64,000 bases of DNA from Planctomycetota bacterium (lineage in GTDB: Bacteria > Planctomycetota > Phycisphaerae > WQYP01). The notes below the pieces were generated by a model that worked only from the letters and a program-made list of their open reading frames with translations, did no database searches and was not told the DNA's origin. Shown in pieces: positions 9,604-19,295 of this stretch. The translations under genes were made by a program, and so were the position numbers. Each line of letters starts with the position of its first letter. The first letter of the stretch is position 1. The DNA is taken from positions 380 through 64,379 of the forward strand of contig JAKBMM010000011.1 of NCBI GenBank assembly GCA_021831565.1, in the 5' to 3' direction.

Positions 9604-12600
9604 ATGAATCGCACCAATCGTAAGAACAAAACCGTAGCCACGTCCGCATTGCTCAACAAACCGCGCTGGAATCAGCTTGCCGGGCGAACCCTTATCCTCG
9701 CCGCGGCGGGTTTGGCCGTCGCCGGCACGCTGGCCCTGCCGCGGGCGGCGCGGGCCGCGACCGATACCTGGGCCGGCACGGGCTCCACCACCTTTACCAA
9801 CAACTGGAATCTCGGCACCAATTGGAGTTCCAACCCCTCCGTACCGGGTGCAGCCGATACCGCCCTGTTCAACAGCGCGCCCACGAATACCGCGCCCACT
9901 CTCAGCGCCAGCAGCTTCATTGGCAACATCACTTTTGATACCTCCACCGCCGCGGCCTACAACATCGGCGGTGGCGGGTTTAACCTGACGCTCAGCAACA
10001 GCGGGACTGTGCAGATCACCGGCACCGTGGTCAACGCCCAGACTATCTCCGCCCCGCTTATCCTGGGTGGTAATGGCACCTTCAACAATCTTGCCACCAG
10101 CAGTTCCGCGACGTTGAACGTAAGCGGCTCCATCACCGGCAGCGCGGCTACGGGCAGCGATACCCTTACGCTGGCGGGTACAAACACCGGCGCCAATACT
10201 CTCAGTGGTGTCATCGGTGACGGCACTTTCGGCGGCAACGTGGCGCTTGCGGTGTCCGGTGGCAGTTGGACGCTTTCCGCCGCCAACACTTACACCGGTG
10301 GCACCACGGTTACCAGCGGTACGTTGGACCTTACCGGTTCACTGGCTAGCACCGGCAATCTGACGGTTAATGGCGGAACATTTCAAGTCAACAATGGCGC
10401 GGGGCAGACCATAGCCGCCTTGGGCGGAACGGGTGGAACAATTAATTTGGCCGCGACTACGGACAATCTGACAGTTAACAGCGGCGGCAGTTTCGCGGGC
10501 GCTATCAGCGGCGCCGGCGGTCTGAATCTCGCCGGCGGCACGTTGACGCTCTCCGGCGCCAACACCTATACCGGTGGAACCACTCTCACCAGCGGTACGT
10601 TGGACCTTACCGGTTCACTGGCTAGCACCGGCAATCTGACGGTTAACGGCGGAACATTTAAGCTCGACGGCGGTGCCGCGCAGACGGTCGCCGCCTTGAA
10701 TAGTACGTCGACAGGCGCGATTGATCTGGTTGCCACTACGGATGTTCTGACCGCCACCGGGGGCGGTACGGTCGCGGGCGTTGTTAGCGGCCTGGGCGGT
10801 CTGACCGTCAATGGCGGCACGCTGACCCTTTCCAATGCCAACACCTATACCGGTGGAACGACTCTCACCAGCGGCACTTTAAGTATCAGCGCCGCCAATA
10901 ACTTGGGAACCGGAGGCATTACTCTCAATGGTGGCACATTGTTGACCACGGCGGGGATAACCGACAGCGCTACGGTTGGCCTTGGCGTCGGCGGCGGCAC
11001 GATCAGCGATGGTGGCAACAGTGATACGTTCTCCGGCGTGTTTTCGGGCGGCGCCGGCACCGGCGTTTTGACCCTCACCGGCGGCGGCACGCTGACGCTT
11101 TCCGGCGTTAACACCTATTCCGGCGGGACCATTATTGACGCCCCAACCATTGTTATTTTCACCAATTCCAGCAGCTTGGGCAGCGGCTCGGTAACGCTGG
11201 GACCAGGCGGCGGTGAGCTGGAGGCTGGCGCCACAGGTATCACCCTGGGCAACAATATCGTTCTGAGCGACACCCTTGCCAGCGGTACACCGGATATTTA
11301 CAGCACCGGTTCGGCCAGTTTCACCGATACCCTTTCCGGCATTATTTCCGACGCCGCCGGCGTTAACGGCGGTTTGGAGATTACCGGCGGCGGTACGCTG
11401 ATTCTCAATCCGACTTCCGGCGGTTTGTCTGTCAATAACACCTATTCCGGTGGCACAACCGTCAACGGCGCAACCTTGGTCATCGATTCATCCAACGCTC
11501 TTGGTTCCACGCTCGTGGCGAATGAACTCACAAACAATGTGAACCTCACCAATGCCGCCACGCTTGAAACCAACAACGGTTTGGGGGCTATTGGTACCGG
11601 CATCACCATCAATGTCGGTGGCAATTACACGCAAAGCGCCAACTCCACATTGCTCCTGACATTCTCTGGAACGGCGGCCAGTGGCAACTATGACTTCGTG
11701 AAGCTGGTTAATAACCAGTCCGCGGCTCTGAATGGCGGCACTCTCAAAGCCGAGTTCGCGCCGGGTTTCACGCCGAAGGACTTTGATGTATATACCGTTG
11801 TGAAAACTACGGGCTCAGTGGCCAGTAATTTCTCCACGCCGCTGGATATTACGCCGAATAATGCCAACCATAGTGAAGACCATGTGCTGGCCCTCTTCGC
11901 GGGCCACAATGCCACCGGCGAGACCATGACCGTCCAGACCGACTTTCTCTCCTTCCCCAGCGTTTTGACGCCCAACGAGCGGTCCGTGGCGACTTATCTG
12001 AATACCTACGCCACGCCGGCCAACACGCCGCCAAACCTGCAAACTCTGCTCTCCCAGTTGAGCCAATTGCCTGCGGTTCAATTCGGACCAGCGTTGGATC
12101 AGCTCACGCCCCAGGCCGAGCAGGCCATGGGCAACCTCGGAATTGAAAACGGCATTTTTGAAAGCCAGACGGTATTTTCCCAGATATCCAACCAGTTTAA
12201 CGGCATGACCGGCTTCAATGCCGCCGGCTTGTCCATGCTTGATACGCCCAACGCCGATCCGTTCACCACCGCGCTGGACTCGGCCATGCAGTCGGTCGCC
12301 CAGGCGAATAATCAGAATGCGACCAGCTCGATGGACGTATTCAACGGCGAGCCGTCACAGGGTGGGGCCGTGCCGGTTCCCGGGCGGGAATCGCAACGGA
12401 ATACGCTCTCCGGCTTTGTCAGCGGCAATATTATTCTGGCTAATCTGCCCGGCACGGCCATTGGCCATGCCAACTTCACCACCGGCGGCGTGATCACCGG
12501 CGTGGATTACAACATGGCTTCGCACTTGGTGATCGGGGCGCTGTTCTCCTACGCCTATACCGGCGCTAAATTAGACAACGCCGGCAGCGCCCTGCAGGAC

Positions 12601-13242
12601 AACAGTTATTCACCGGGTATTTATCTGGGCTTCCGCAAGCACGGCTTCTATGTCGACGCCTTGGGCAGCTATACCTACAACGCCTACACCATGCACCGGA
12701 ACATCACGTTTACCGCTCCCGAGTCCGTCGCCAGCAGTTCACCGCATTCCAACCAGTTCGATCTCAACGCCATGGCGGGTTACAACTTCCACCTGCGGCA
12801 TGGCTTGAAGCTCGGCCCAGCGGTGGGCGTGGGCTATACCCACATGAATATTTCCGGGTATACCGAAACCGGCAGCGCGGCGGACCTGACCGTCTCCCCG
12901 ATGTCGGTTGATTCACTGCGTTCACTTGTGGGCGGCCGCATTGAATATGCCTGGCATCCGGCCGGTTTGTCCGTGCCGGTGGACTTTAGCGCCAACGCCT
13001 TCTGGCAGCATGAATTTCTCAACGGCAGCCGGGGTATCACCGCCAGCTTCACCGAGCTGGGCACGGGATCGTTTGTGATTGACACCGCTGGCCCCGAGCG
13101 TGATTCGGCCCTGCTGGGCGCCGGCGTCAGCGGCAACCTGACTCGGAATATTACCCTGTTCGTGAATTACGAGTCGCAGCTCGGCCCCCGGAGCATGTTC
13201 GCGCAGAGTGTGTTGGCCGGTGTGGCGATCGCGCTGCGGTAA
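9604..13242 (+). CDS. Autotransporter with PATR repeats, paralog of 40..8886
   Basis: 1212 aa; near-identical 5' leader, similar signal peptide, shared repeat units, near-identical linker and barrel. Confidence 0.92.
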   Translation: MNRTNRKNKTVATSALLNKPRWNQLAGRTLILAAAGLAVAGTLALPRAARAATDTWAGTGSTTFTNNWNLGTNWSSNPSVPGAADTALFNSAPTNTAPTLSASSFIGNITFDTSTAAAYNIGGGGFNLTLSNSGTVQITGTVVNAQTISAPLILGGNGTFNNLATSSSATLNVSGSITGSAATGSDTLTLAGTNTGANTLSGVIGDGTFGGNVALAVSGGSWTLSAANTYTGGTTVTSGTLDLTGSLASTGNLTVNGGTFQVNNGAGQTIAALGGTGGTINLAATTDNLTVNSGGSFAGAISGAGGLNLAGGTLTLSGANTYTGGTTLTSGTLDLTGSLASTGNLTVNGGTFKLDGGAAQTVAALNSTSTGAIDLVATTDVLTATGGGTVAGVVSGLGGLTVNGGTLTLSNANTYTGGTTLTSGTLSISAANNLGTGGITLNGGTLLTTAGITDSATVGLGVGGGTISDGGNSDTFSGVFSGGAGTGVLTLTGGGTLTLSGVNTYSGGTIIDAPTIVIFTNSSSLGSGSVTLGPGGGELEAGATGITLGNNIVLSDTLASGTPDIYSTGSASFTDTLSGIISDAAGVNGGLEITGGGTLILNPTSGGLSVNNTYSGGTTVNGATLVIDSSNALGSTLVANELTNNVNLTNAATLETNNGLGAIGTGITINVGGNYTQSANSTLLLTFSGTAASGNYDFVKLVNNQSAALNGGTLKAEFAPGFTPKDFDVYTVVKTTGSVASNFSTPLDITPNNANHSEDHVLALFAGHNATGETMTVQTDFLSFPSVLTPNERSVATYLNTYATPANTPPNLQTLLSQLSQLPAVQFGPALDQLTPQAEQAMGNLGIENGIFESQTVFSQISNQFNGMTGFNAAGLSMLDTPNADPFTTALDSAMQSVAQANNQNATSSMDVFNGEPSQGGAVPVPGRESQRNTLSGFVSGNIILANLPGTAIGHANFTTGGVITGVDYNMASHLVIGALFSYAYTGAKLDNAGSALQDNSYSPGIYLGFRKHGFYVDALGSYTYNAYTMHRNITFTAPESVASSSPHSNQFDLNAMAGYNFHLRHGLKLGPAVGVGYTHMNISGYTETGSAADLTVSPMSVDSLRSLVGGRIEYAWHPAGLSVPVDFSANAFWQHEFLNGSRGITASFTELGTGSFVIDTAGPERDSALLGAGVSGNLTRNITLFVNYESQLGPRSMFAQSVLAGVAIALR

Positions 13243-13364
13243 ATGAAAATTGGGAGCGCGGCTGCTCGCAGCCGCCAAAGAAAATGTATTTGATGCGGTT
13301 GAGGACATCTGCGCCCCAACGGCCCGTTTCGGCAGTCTGCGCTAAAACATCGGCGTTTAGAGCA

Positions 13365-13733
13365 TCAAGGTCCGGGATCGGGGTCGGGCGGCGGCTTTGG
13401 TACAAGTCCTTGTAAAGACGACACCAACGCGGGCAGATGAATTTGCAGAACGCGCCAGATAATTTCGTCCTGTATGTCGGCGTAATCGTGCGCCAATTTA
13501 TGGCGTTGCCGGACGATCTTGTCCCAGGGAATTTCCGTGTGTGCGGCCTTGAAGTCCGCAGAGACACAGCGCGCCGCTTCCCCGATAATTTCGATCTCGC
13601 GCTCCACGGCGCGACGTGTGCGCCGATCGCCGGCGTACCGTTCAAATTCCAAACCGTTGACCATATTCAAGGCGGATTGGGCCGATTCAAGCATGTCCCA
13701 GAGAAATGCCGCATCGCCGCGCTCATGCCGCAT
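13365..13733 (-). CDS. HepT-like HEPN ribonuclease toxin (DUF86)
   Basis: AVER..EIIGEA, IPW..I..R..LAHDY (R-x4-H) motifs; overlaps the upstream MNT gene. Confidence 0.88.
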   Translation of the reverse strand: MRHERGDAAFLWDMLESAQSALNMVNGLEFERYAGDRRTRRAVEREIEIIGEAARCVSADFKAAHTEIPWDKIVRQRHKLAHDYADIQDEIIWRVLQIHLPALVSSLQGLVPKPPPDPDPGP

Positions 13734-14028
13734 AAATCACCCGCCGCGTGGTCAGTATCTCGTGTCGTCGGAAGGGATTGCGAAGTCCACCTTTGGTGAC
13801 CAAATCCACCGGGCGATGGAACATCGCGGATAATTCATCCTGCATATCCAGCAGGTCAAAAAGACTCCACGGATGGCCCGGTTGAAAACTCACCAGGACA
13901 TCCACATCGCTGTCCAGTCGGAAATCATCACGAAGAACCGAGCCGAATAATGAGAACTCCCGAACCATCCATTTCCGGCAGAACCGTTCGATCTGCTCTG
14001 CGGGCAAAACAATGGGCAGCGTGTGCAT
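13723..14028 (-). CDS. Minimal nucleotidyltransferase (MNT) antitoxin
   Basis: FGSVLRDDF..DSDVDVLV motif; start set at MHTLP (14028) behind an AGGGGAG RBS. Confidence 0.88.
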   Translation of the reverse strand: MHTLPIVLPAEQIERFCRKWMVREFSLFGSVLRDDFRLDSDVDVLVSFQPGHPWSLFDLLDMQDELSAMFHRPVDLVTKGGLRNPFRRHEILTTRRVIYAA

Positions 14029-14206
14029 AGAGGCTCCCCTTATAAAATACCTCGGCAACGTTGCCGAGGCGCCCGCTATCTTAACATACGCGGCGTTGCG
14101 CAGAACGCGGACGGCACGGCTACGGTCTATTTTCACCGGCTCCACTTTTTCGCGGTGCAGCCGCGTTCGGGGGTCGGGCGTCCTGCCAGACATCGTGTAT
14201 CCGCGG

Positions 14207-14342
14207 TGCAAAATCCGATTCACCGGACGTTATTTACCGCGGACGCGGAGGGCCGCAGAGGTTTATAGCCTTTTTTGACCAGCCGCTTCTACCCTCCGCG
14301 TTCCTCTGATTCCTCCGCGGTGCAAAATCCGGGCTAATCACG
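14207..14342. repeat. Dispersed hairpin repeat, direct copy of 8924-9060
   Basis: Near-identical sequence; overlaps the stop codon of the GT fusion gene. Confidence 0.8.
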
Positions 14343-17300
14343 GCGCAATACCCGGGCCAGGCTTTCGGGCGCGATGCCCAGGCTATGCCCCATGAGAATG
14401 AGTTGATGTCGGAGCGTAGTGGTCCAAAATCCGTCCACGAGCCAGCGGCGGGCGGAAGTGATTACCGCTGCTGGGATAACCACGACGCGTCCTGCGCGTG
14501 CGGCCTTCTTCACGAAGGCCAGGTCTTCCAGGATCGGCCATTCGGGAAATCCACCTAAACGGTAATACATCGTGGCTTGTAAAAAGAAGGCTTGATCGCC
14601 ATAGGGCCGATGCCAATATCTCGATCGCCAGTACACCATTTTCTCCATAATTCGAAAACGAAGACCTGCCGGAGCAACGCGAAGGGAAAATGCCCCGATT
14701 GACACACGCGGTTGCGCGAGTGCGGAACATACCCGTTGCGGATAATTGGGCGGGAGTAAGGTATCGGCGTGCAGGAACAGCAGAATGCCGCCCCGGGCGG
14801 CGGCGGCGCCCGCGTTCATCTGGCGACTGCGCCCGGGAGGACTATTAATAATTGCGGCTCCGGCGCCGCGGGCGCGGGCTACGGTTTGGTCCGTGCTGCC
14901 GCCGTCCACGATCAGCACTTCCACACCAGGCGCCGTGGCCGCTGCAATCGTGGCGGCAATATTCGATTCTTCATTCAAGGTGGGAATGATGACCGAAACC
15001 ATCGGATCTGATGGTGTGGTTCCGGCGCCAATGGCATCCCAGATAGGCAGATCGCAGGGACGATCGACATCCCCCAGAGGTCTAAGCAAATGGACCGATA
15101 AACCGGCGAGTTCCGCGGCCTTAAGTGTTTGGGAGAGAACGGACCGTCTTCCCCATGAGATATTGGTAAATAGTTCCTCACAGGGGCGGCCCAGGCCGAT
15201 AAGGTAATAGCCTCCATCCCTGGCGGGTCCCAGCACGAGATCGTGAGTTTTCAGGGCGGCGAAAGCCTCATGCAATATTTCCGGTGTGATGCCCGGCGAA
15301 TCGGTGCCGATGATCAGAACGCATCCAGCGCCGTCCTGGAAAGCGTCGCGCATGGCGCGCCGCATCCGGCGCCCCAGGTCGCCGGCGCCTTGCGGGTTAT
15401 ATATCCAGGTTTCTCCGTACCGCTGCGCCATGGCCGGCGCGCCGCCATCGGTCCCGGTGAAGCGAACTTCGATGCGCTCGGCCCGGGCGACGTTCCAAGC
15501 CGCGGCTTGCGCCAGCGTATGGCGGGTCATCGCATCCTGCAGCGCCGCGGCGCCTTGGGCGCCGAGATGTCCAATCAGTCGCGTTTTCGTCCGGCCCGGC
15601 GTCGGATAGCGTGCGAAAACGATCAGGTGTCGGTGCGCCGAGCCGGACGGATGCGCCGCCGGCCGCCAGCGCATTTCGGTAAGGATGGAGGAAAGGATTC
15701 TGGCGCCGGCGCCAAAAACGCCGCGCCATGTTCCGGATATTTTAGATATACCGATGCGCCGCCGATAACGCACGGGAACTTCCGCGACCTCCAGCCCCAG
15801 CCGGGCGGCGCGCAGTTGCATTTGAATCGTCCAGCCGTAGCCGCGGGCGTCCAGCTGCAGCCGGCGCAGGGCACAGAGCCGGATCGCGCGGAACGGACCG
15901 AGATCGGTGTAACGCACGCCCCAGAAAAGGCGCATCAACCAACAGGCCAGGGCGTTGCCCCAACGCTGCGGGAGGCGCAACGCTCCGGCTTCGGGCCGGC
16001 CGAGTACACGCGAACCTATGACCATATCTACATCACCACGTGCTATCGGCCCGACCAGGCGGTCCATCCGCCGTGGATCATCGCTCCCATCCGCATCCAG
16101 GAATACGACCACATCGGGATTTTGCAACGCCGCCATACCCGCCAGGCACGCCGCCCCGTAGCCCCGCCGGGGTTCAAAAACAACCTGTGCGCCACCGGCT
16201 TGGGCTATCGGCACCGTGCGATCCGTTGAGCCGTTATCCACCACGATGATTTGCTTGACCCATGGCGGCACGGCCGCGAGAACTCCCGCGATGGACCTTT
16301 CTTCATTCAGAGCGGGGATCACCACGGCCACCTGCGCCGCGCCGCCGCCGGCCGCCGCGGCATCCGCGGTTAATCGCTGGATTACACAGCGGTGGCGACA
16401 CCCCATGGCCGTGCGAGCGTCCCACGCCAGAAGAGCCAGAACCGGCAGATGTTCCAGCCAGATATCATGGTAATAATACAAGGGTAAAAGCATGGTATAG
16501 AGCAGCAGCGCGCGTTGCGGACGAAGCGCCAAAAGTGGAACCAGCCAGAGGTAGTACCAGGGGAACTCGGTGGGGCTTAATAGAAATGCCGCGGCAACAA
16601 TGAAAAGCGCGGCGGTCAACAACTGGGCGGCTTTCGGAAGCGGGCGCCGTGTGAGATAAAAAATCCACGCGGCAAGCAATAACAGAGCCGTTGCGCGGGC
16701 CAGCAGGGGCGCCATCCAGCCGGTAAATATGCTCCATATAGCCTGCTGGATGCGAAACAGGCAGTCGTTGTCTCCCCACCGCAGGGCGTAGGCTACCGCT
16801 CCGGAATGGGAATGAAGGGTCGCCAGGGTATATGGCAGCAGGATCATTACCGAAAGAAACGCGAAAAGCAGCAATGGACCGATGCGCTTGCCGCGTCTTT
16901 TCGCCTGCCAGCAGACCGGCAGCAGAACCACCGGCCAAAGTTTGGCGCCGGCGGCCATGGCCAGCCAGAACATGCTGCGCCATGGCGCGCCGCGCAGCGC
17001 ATAGAGCAATGCCGCCAGAACCAGCGGCGCGACGATCACGTCCAGATGAGCGCCCACGTATGTCATCTGAATCAATAATGGATTCCACCAGTAAAGAAGC
17101 ACCGCACAGCGTGGCCGCGCCACTTCGGCGAGCAATCGCGCCAGCAGAAAAAACGCCGCCAGATCACACGCCAGCAGCACCACCCGCCACGCCGTAACGC
17201 TAAAAGGACCAAGCCCGTACGCCACGGCAAAGGCTCCCTGCGCCACCGGTGGATAAATCGTGGTCAATTGCGGATAAATGACATGGCGGAGCGTTTTAGC

Positions 17301-17750
17301 CCCCCGGGGTTCATCCGCCAGCCGCCGGAGTTTTGCGGGAATGGATACTTGGCCCTGGCGGATCGCCTGTGGACTGTAGGCGTAAGGGTTCACGCCATGT
17401 GCGGTCACGGCTCCGTCCCACAGGTAACGATAATAATCCACTTCCAGCAGCGGCCGCGAGGGGATGAGCACCAGCCGCGCTGCCAGTCCAACGGCAAAGA
17501 TGAGATAGAACAGTCGTTGTGAATCCCGCACGTGGCCAACGGCCCATACGGCGCCAAGGTACAGTGCGCCCAGCAATATACTTGCGGCGACATAGACGGC
17601 TAACGCCGGCGGTTGATGCAACACCGTGGCAAGTTGGTTGGACCACAGCGCTACCACGCCCGCGCCCGCCAGAATGGAGCCGCCGGCCGCCGCCAGGCAT
17701 ATCCTTGCGATTCGTGTCGCTGGCGCGACGGCGGGTTCTCCTGACGACAT
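14334..17750 (-). CDS. Four-domain fusion: membrane GT87-like + GT2 + TIGR04282-like (DUF2064) + TIGR04283-like glycosyltransferases
   Basis: DYYRYLWDG/NPY/YPP (GT-C); VIPALNEE/DNGS/DADGSD (GT2); FARYP.PG.TKTRL/QG.GDLG.RM/IGTDSP/GPA.DGGYYL; IIP.LNEE/FLHADT/YGDQ/TSARRW. Confidence 0.82.
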   Translation of the reverse strand: MSSGEPAVAPATRIARICLAAAGGSILAGAGVVALWSNQLATVLHQPPALAVYVAASILLGALYLGAVWAVGHVRDSQRLFYLIFAVGLAARLVLIPSRPLLEVDYYRYLWDGAVTAHGVNPYAYSPQAIRQGQVSIPAKLRRLADEPRGAKTLRHVIYPQLTTIYPPVAQGAFAVAYGLGPFSVTAWRVVLLACDLAAFFLLARLLAEVARPRCAVLLYWWNPLLIQMTYVGAHLDVIVAPLVLAALLYALRGAPWRSMFWLAMAAGAKLWPVVLLPVCWQAKRRGKRIGPLLLFAFLSVMILLPYTLATLHSHSGAVAYALRWGDNDCLFRIQQAIWSIFTGWMAPLLARATALLLLAAWIFYLTRRPLPKAAQLLTAALFIVAAAFLLSPTEFPWYYLWLVPLLALRPQRALLLYTMLLPLYYYHDIWLEHLPVLALLAWDARTAMGCRHRCVIQRLTADAAAAGGGAAQVAVVIPALNEERSIAGVLAAVPPWVKQIIVVDNGSTDRTVPIAQAGGAQVVFEPRRGYGAACLAGMAALQNPDVVVFLDADGSDDPRRMDRLVGPIARGDVDMVIGSRVLGRPEAGALRLPQRWGNALACWLMRLFWGVRYTDLGPFRAIRLCALRRLQLDARGYGWTIQMQLRAARLGLEVAEVPVRYRRRIGISKISGTWRGVFGAGARILSSILTEMRWRPAAHPSGSAHRHLIVFARYPTPGRTKTRLIGHLGAQGAAALQDAMTRHTLAQAAAWNVARAERIEVRFTGTDGGAPAMAQRYGETWIYNPQGAGDLGRRMRRAMRDAFQDGAGCVLIIGTDSPGITPEILHEAFAALKTHDLVLGPARDGGYYLIGLGRPCEELFTNISWGRRSVLSQTLKAAELAGLSVHLLRPLGDVDRPCDLPIWDAIGAGTTPSDPMVSVIIPTLNEESNIAATIAAATAPGVEVLIVDGGSTDQTVARARGAGAAIINSPPGRSRQMNAGAAAARGGILLFLHADTLLPPNYPQRVCSALAQPRVSIGAFSLRVAPAGLRFRIMEKMVYWRSRYWHRPYGDQAFFLQATMYYRLGGFPEWPILEDLAFVKKAARAGRVVVIPAAVITSARRWLVDGFWTTTLRHQLILMGHSLGIAPESLARVLRRD

Positions 17751-17759
17751 AAAATCCTC

Positions 17760-19295
17760 TTAGCGCCGCCACGCCAGAACCTGCCGGCAGAGTCGTTTCA
17801 GGAGGGGCGTAAGGCGGGCGCGATTATAGGCGTCCGCGGCCTTTTTTATGACTTCCGCCTGCGTGGGATAAGGATGAATGGCGTTGGCGATTTTGGCCAG
17901 ACCCACACCGGCGGTCATGGCCAGGGAGAGTTCACCGATGATGTCACCCGCATGTCGAGCCACGATTGTTGCGCCAAAAATCCGATCGGTTCCCTTGCGA
18001 ATGTGTATCTTCAGAAAGCCTTCCTCCTCGCCATCGAGTATGGCGCGATCCACCTCTTTCATTTCGATGGTGAAACTTGTCACGGGAATTTTCGCTTCCA
18101 GCGCATCTTGCTCGTACCCACCAACATGGGCGATTTCGGGATCGGTGTAGGTGCACCAGGGAATCGTCAGGGCGCTGGCTTTGGCGCGGCCCAGAAAAAG
18201 CGCATTCCGGATCACCATCCGCGCCATGGCATCGGCGGCGTGGGTGAACTTGTACCGGGAGCAGATATCTCCGGCGGCGTAGATATGCGGATTGGTGGTT
18301 CGCAGGCGATCGTCCACCAGAACGCCCGCACGCGGGTCGTACGCCACACCCGCCGTTTCGAGATTCAAACCTTCGACATTGGGCTTGCGGCCGACGCCGA
18401 CAAGTATGGCGTCAACGGCAAACTCATGCTTTTCTCCGTGGCAATCGAGATGGAATACCTTTTCATTTCCGTTCCGGACGATTTGGGTCGTTTTTCCGCC
18501 GCAGATGATCTTTACCCCGTCGCGTTCCAACGCCGCTTCGATGCGGCGGGCGGCATCATCGTCCTCGCGGATTAGAATCCGTTGGTCGGACTCAATCAGC
18601 GTCACTTGCGAACCAAAGCGGGCAAAGGCCTGAGCCAGTTCACAGCCGATCGGGCCGGCGCCAAGGACCGCCAGACGCAACGGCAAGCGGGTCAGGGTGA
18701 ATATCGTCTCGTTCGTGTAATATTCGGCTTCCGCCAGACCTTGGATAAATGGGGTTGACGCCCGCGCGCCGGCGGCAATGACCGCCCGTGCGAACCGCAG
18801 CATCTTTCCGCCCGCTTCGATGGTGTTCGAATCAGTAAATCGCCCCTGGCCCAGAAATACATCCACACCCAATTGTTTGAACCGCTGGACTGAATCATGT
18901 GGACTGATATGCGAGCGTAAATGGCGCATGCGCTCCATGACGGCGGGGAAATCCACGGTGATGGGACCGCCAACCCGTACGCCGAAGCGCGATCCGTCCC
19001 GCGCTTCGAACGCAGCGCGAGCGCAGCGAAGTAGAGCTTTCGACGGCACACAACCTGTATTCAGACAGTCGCCACCCATCCGATCTTTTTCGATTAAGGC
19101 CACCGTCGCTCCAAGCCCCGCCGCCCCCGCGGCGGTGACCAGACCCGCGGGCCCGGCGCCTATCACCACGAGATCATAGCGTGGTTTCGGTATCGGATTG
19201 GTCCAACCGGGCGGGTGAACATTTCGCATCCATTCCTGGTTACATGAGTCCAGAGGCTCCATCGCCGGTGGCGTAAAATTAACTGCGTTGGTCAT
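17760..19295 (-). CDS. Class I pyridine nucleotide-disulfide oxidoreductase (mercuric-reductase-like, arsS-associated)
   Basis: GAGPAG, GGDCLNTGCVPSK, GAGPIGCE and HPYPT motifs; lacks the MerA C-terminal Cys-Cys. Confidence 0.85.
   Translation of the reverse strand: MTNAVNFTPPAMEPLDSCNQEWMRNVHPPGWTNPIPKPRYDLVVIGAGPAGLVTAAGAAGLGATVALIEKDRMGGDCLNTGCVPSKALLRCARAAFEARDGSRFGVRVGGPITVDFPAVMERMRHLRSHISPHDSVQRFKQLGVDVFLGQGRFTDSNTIEAGGKMLRFARAVIAAGARASTPFIQGLAEAEYYTNETIFTLTRLPLRLAVLGAGPIGCELAQAFARFGSQVTLIESDQRILIREDDDAARRIEAALERDGVKIICGGKTTQIVRNGNEKVFHLDCHGEKHEFAVDAILVGVGRKPNVEGLNLETAGVAYDPRAGVLVDDRLRTTNPHIYAAGDICSRYKFTHAADAMARMVIRNALFLGRAKASALTIPWCTYTDPEIAHVGGYEQDALEAKIPVTSFTIEMKEVDRAILDGEEEGFLKIHIRKGTDRIFGATIVARHAGDIIGELSLAMTAGVGLAKIANAIHPYPTQAEVIKKAADAYNRARLTPLLKRLCRQVLAWRR

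Noticed and set aside
117-13136. Many short antisense ORFs within the autotransporters
   Set aside because: Shadow frames of repetitive Gly/Thr-rich coding DNA.
40-13242. Diversity-generating retroelement acting on the paralogs
   Set aside because: No reverse transcriptase, and the differences do not appear adenine-specific.
17760-19295. merA mercuric reductase
   Set aside because: No C-terminal Cys-Cys, has HPYPT, and no mer operon genes nearby.
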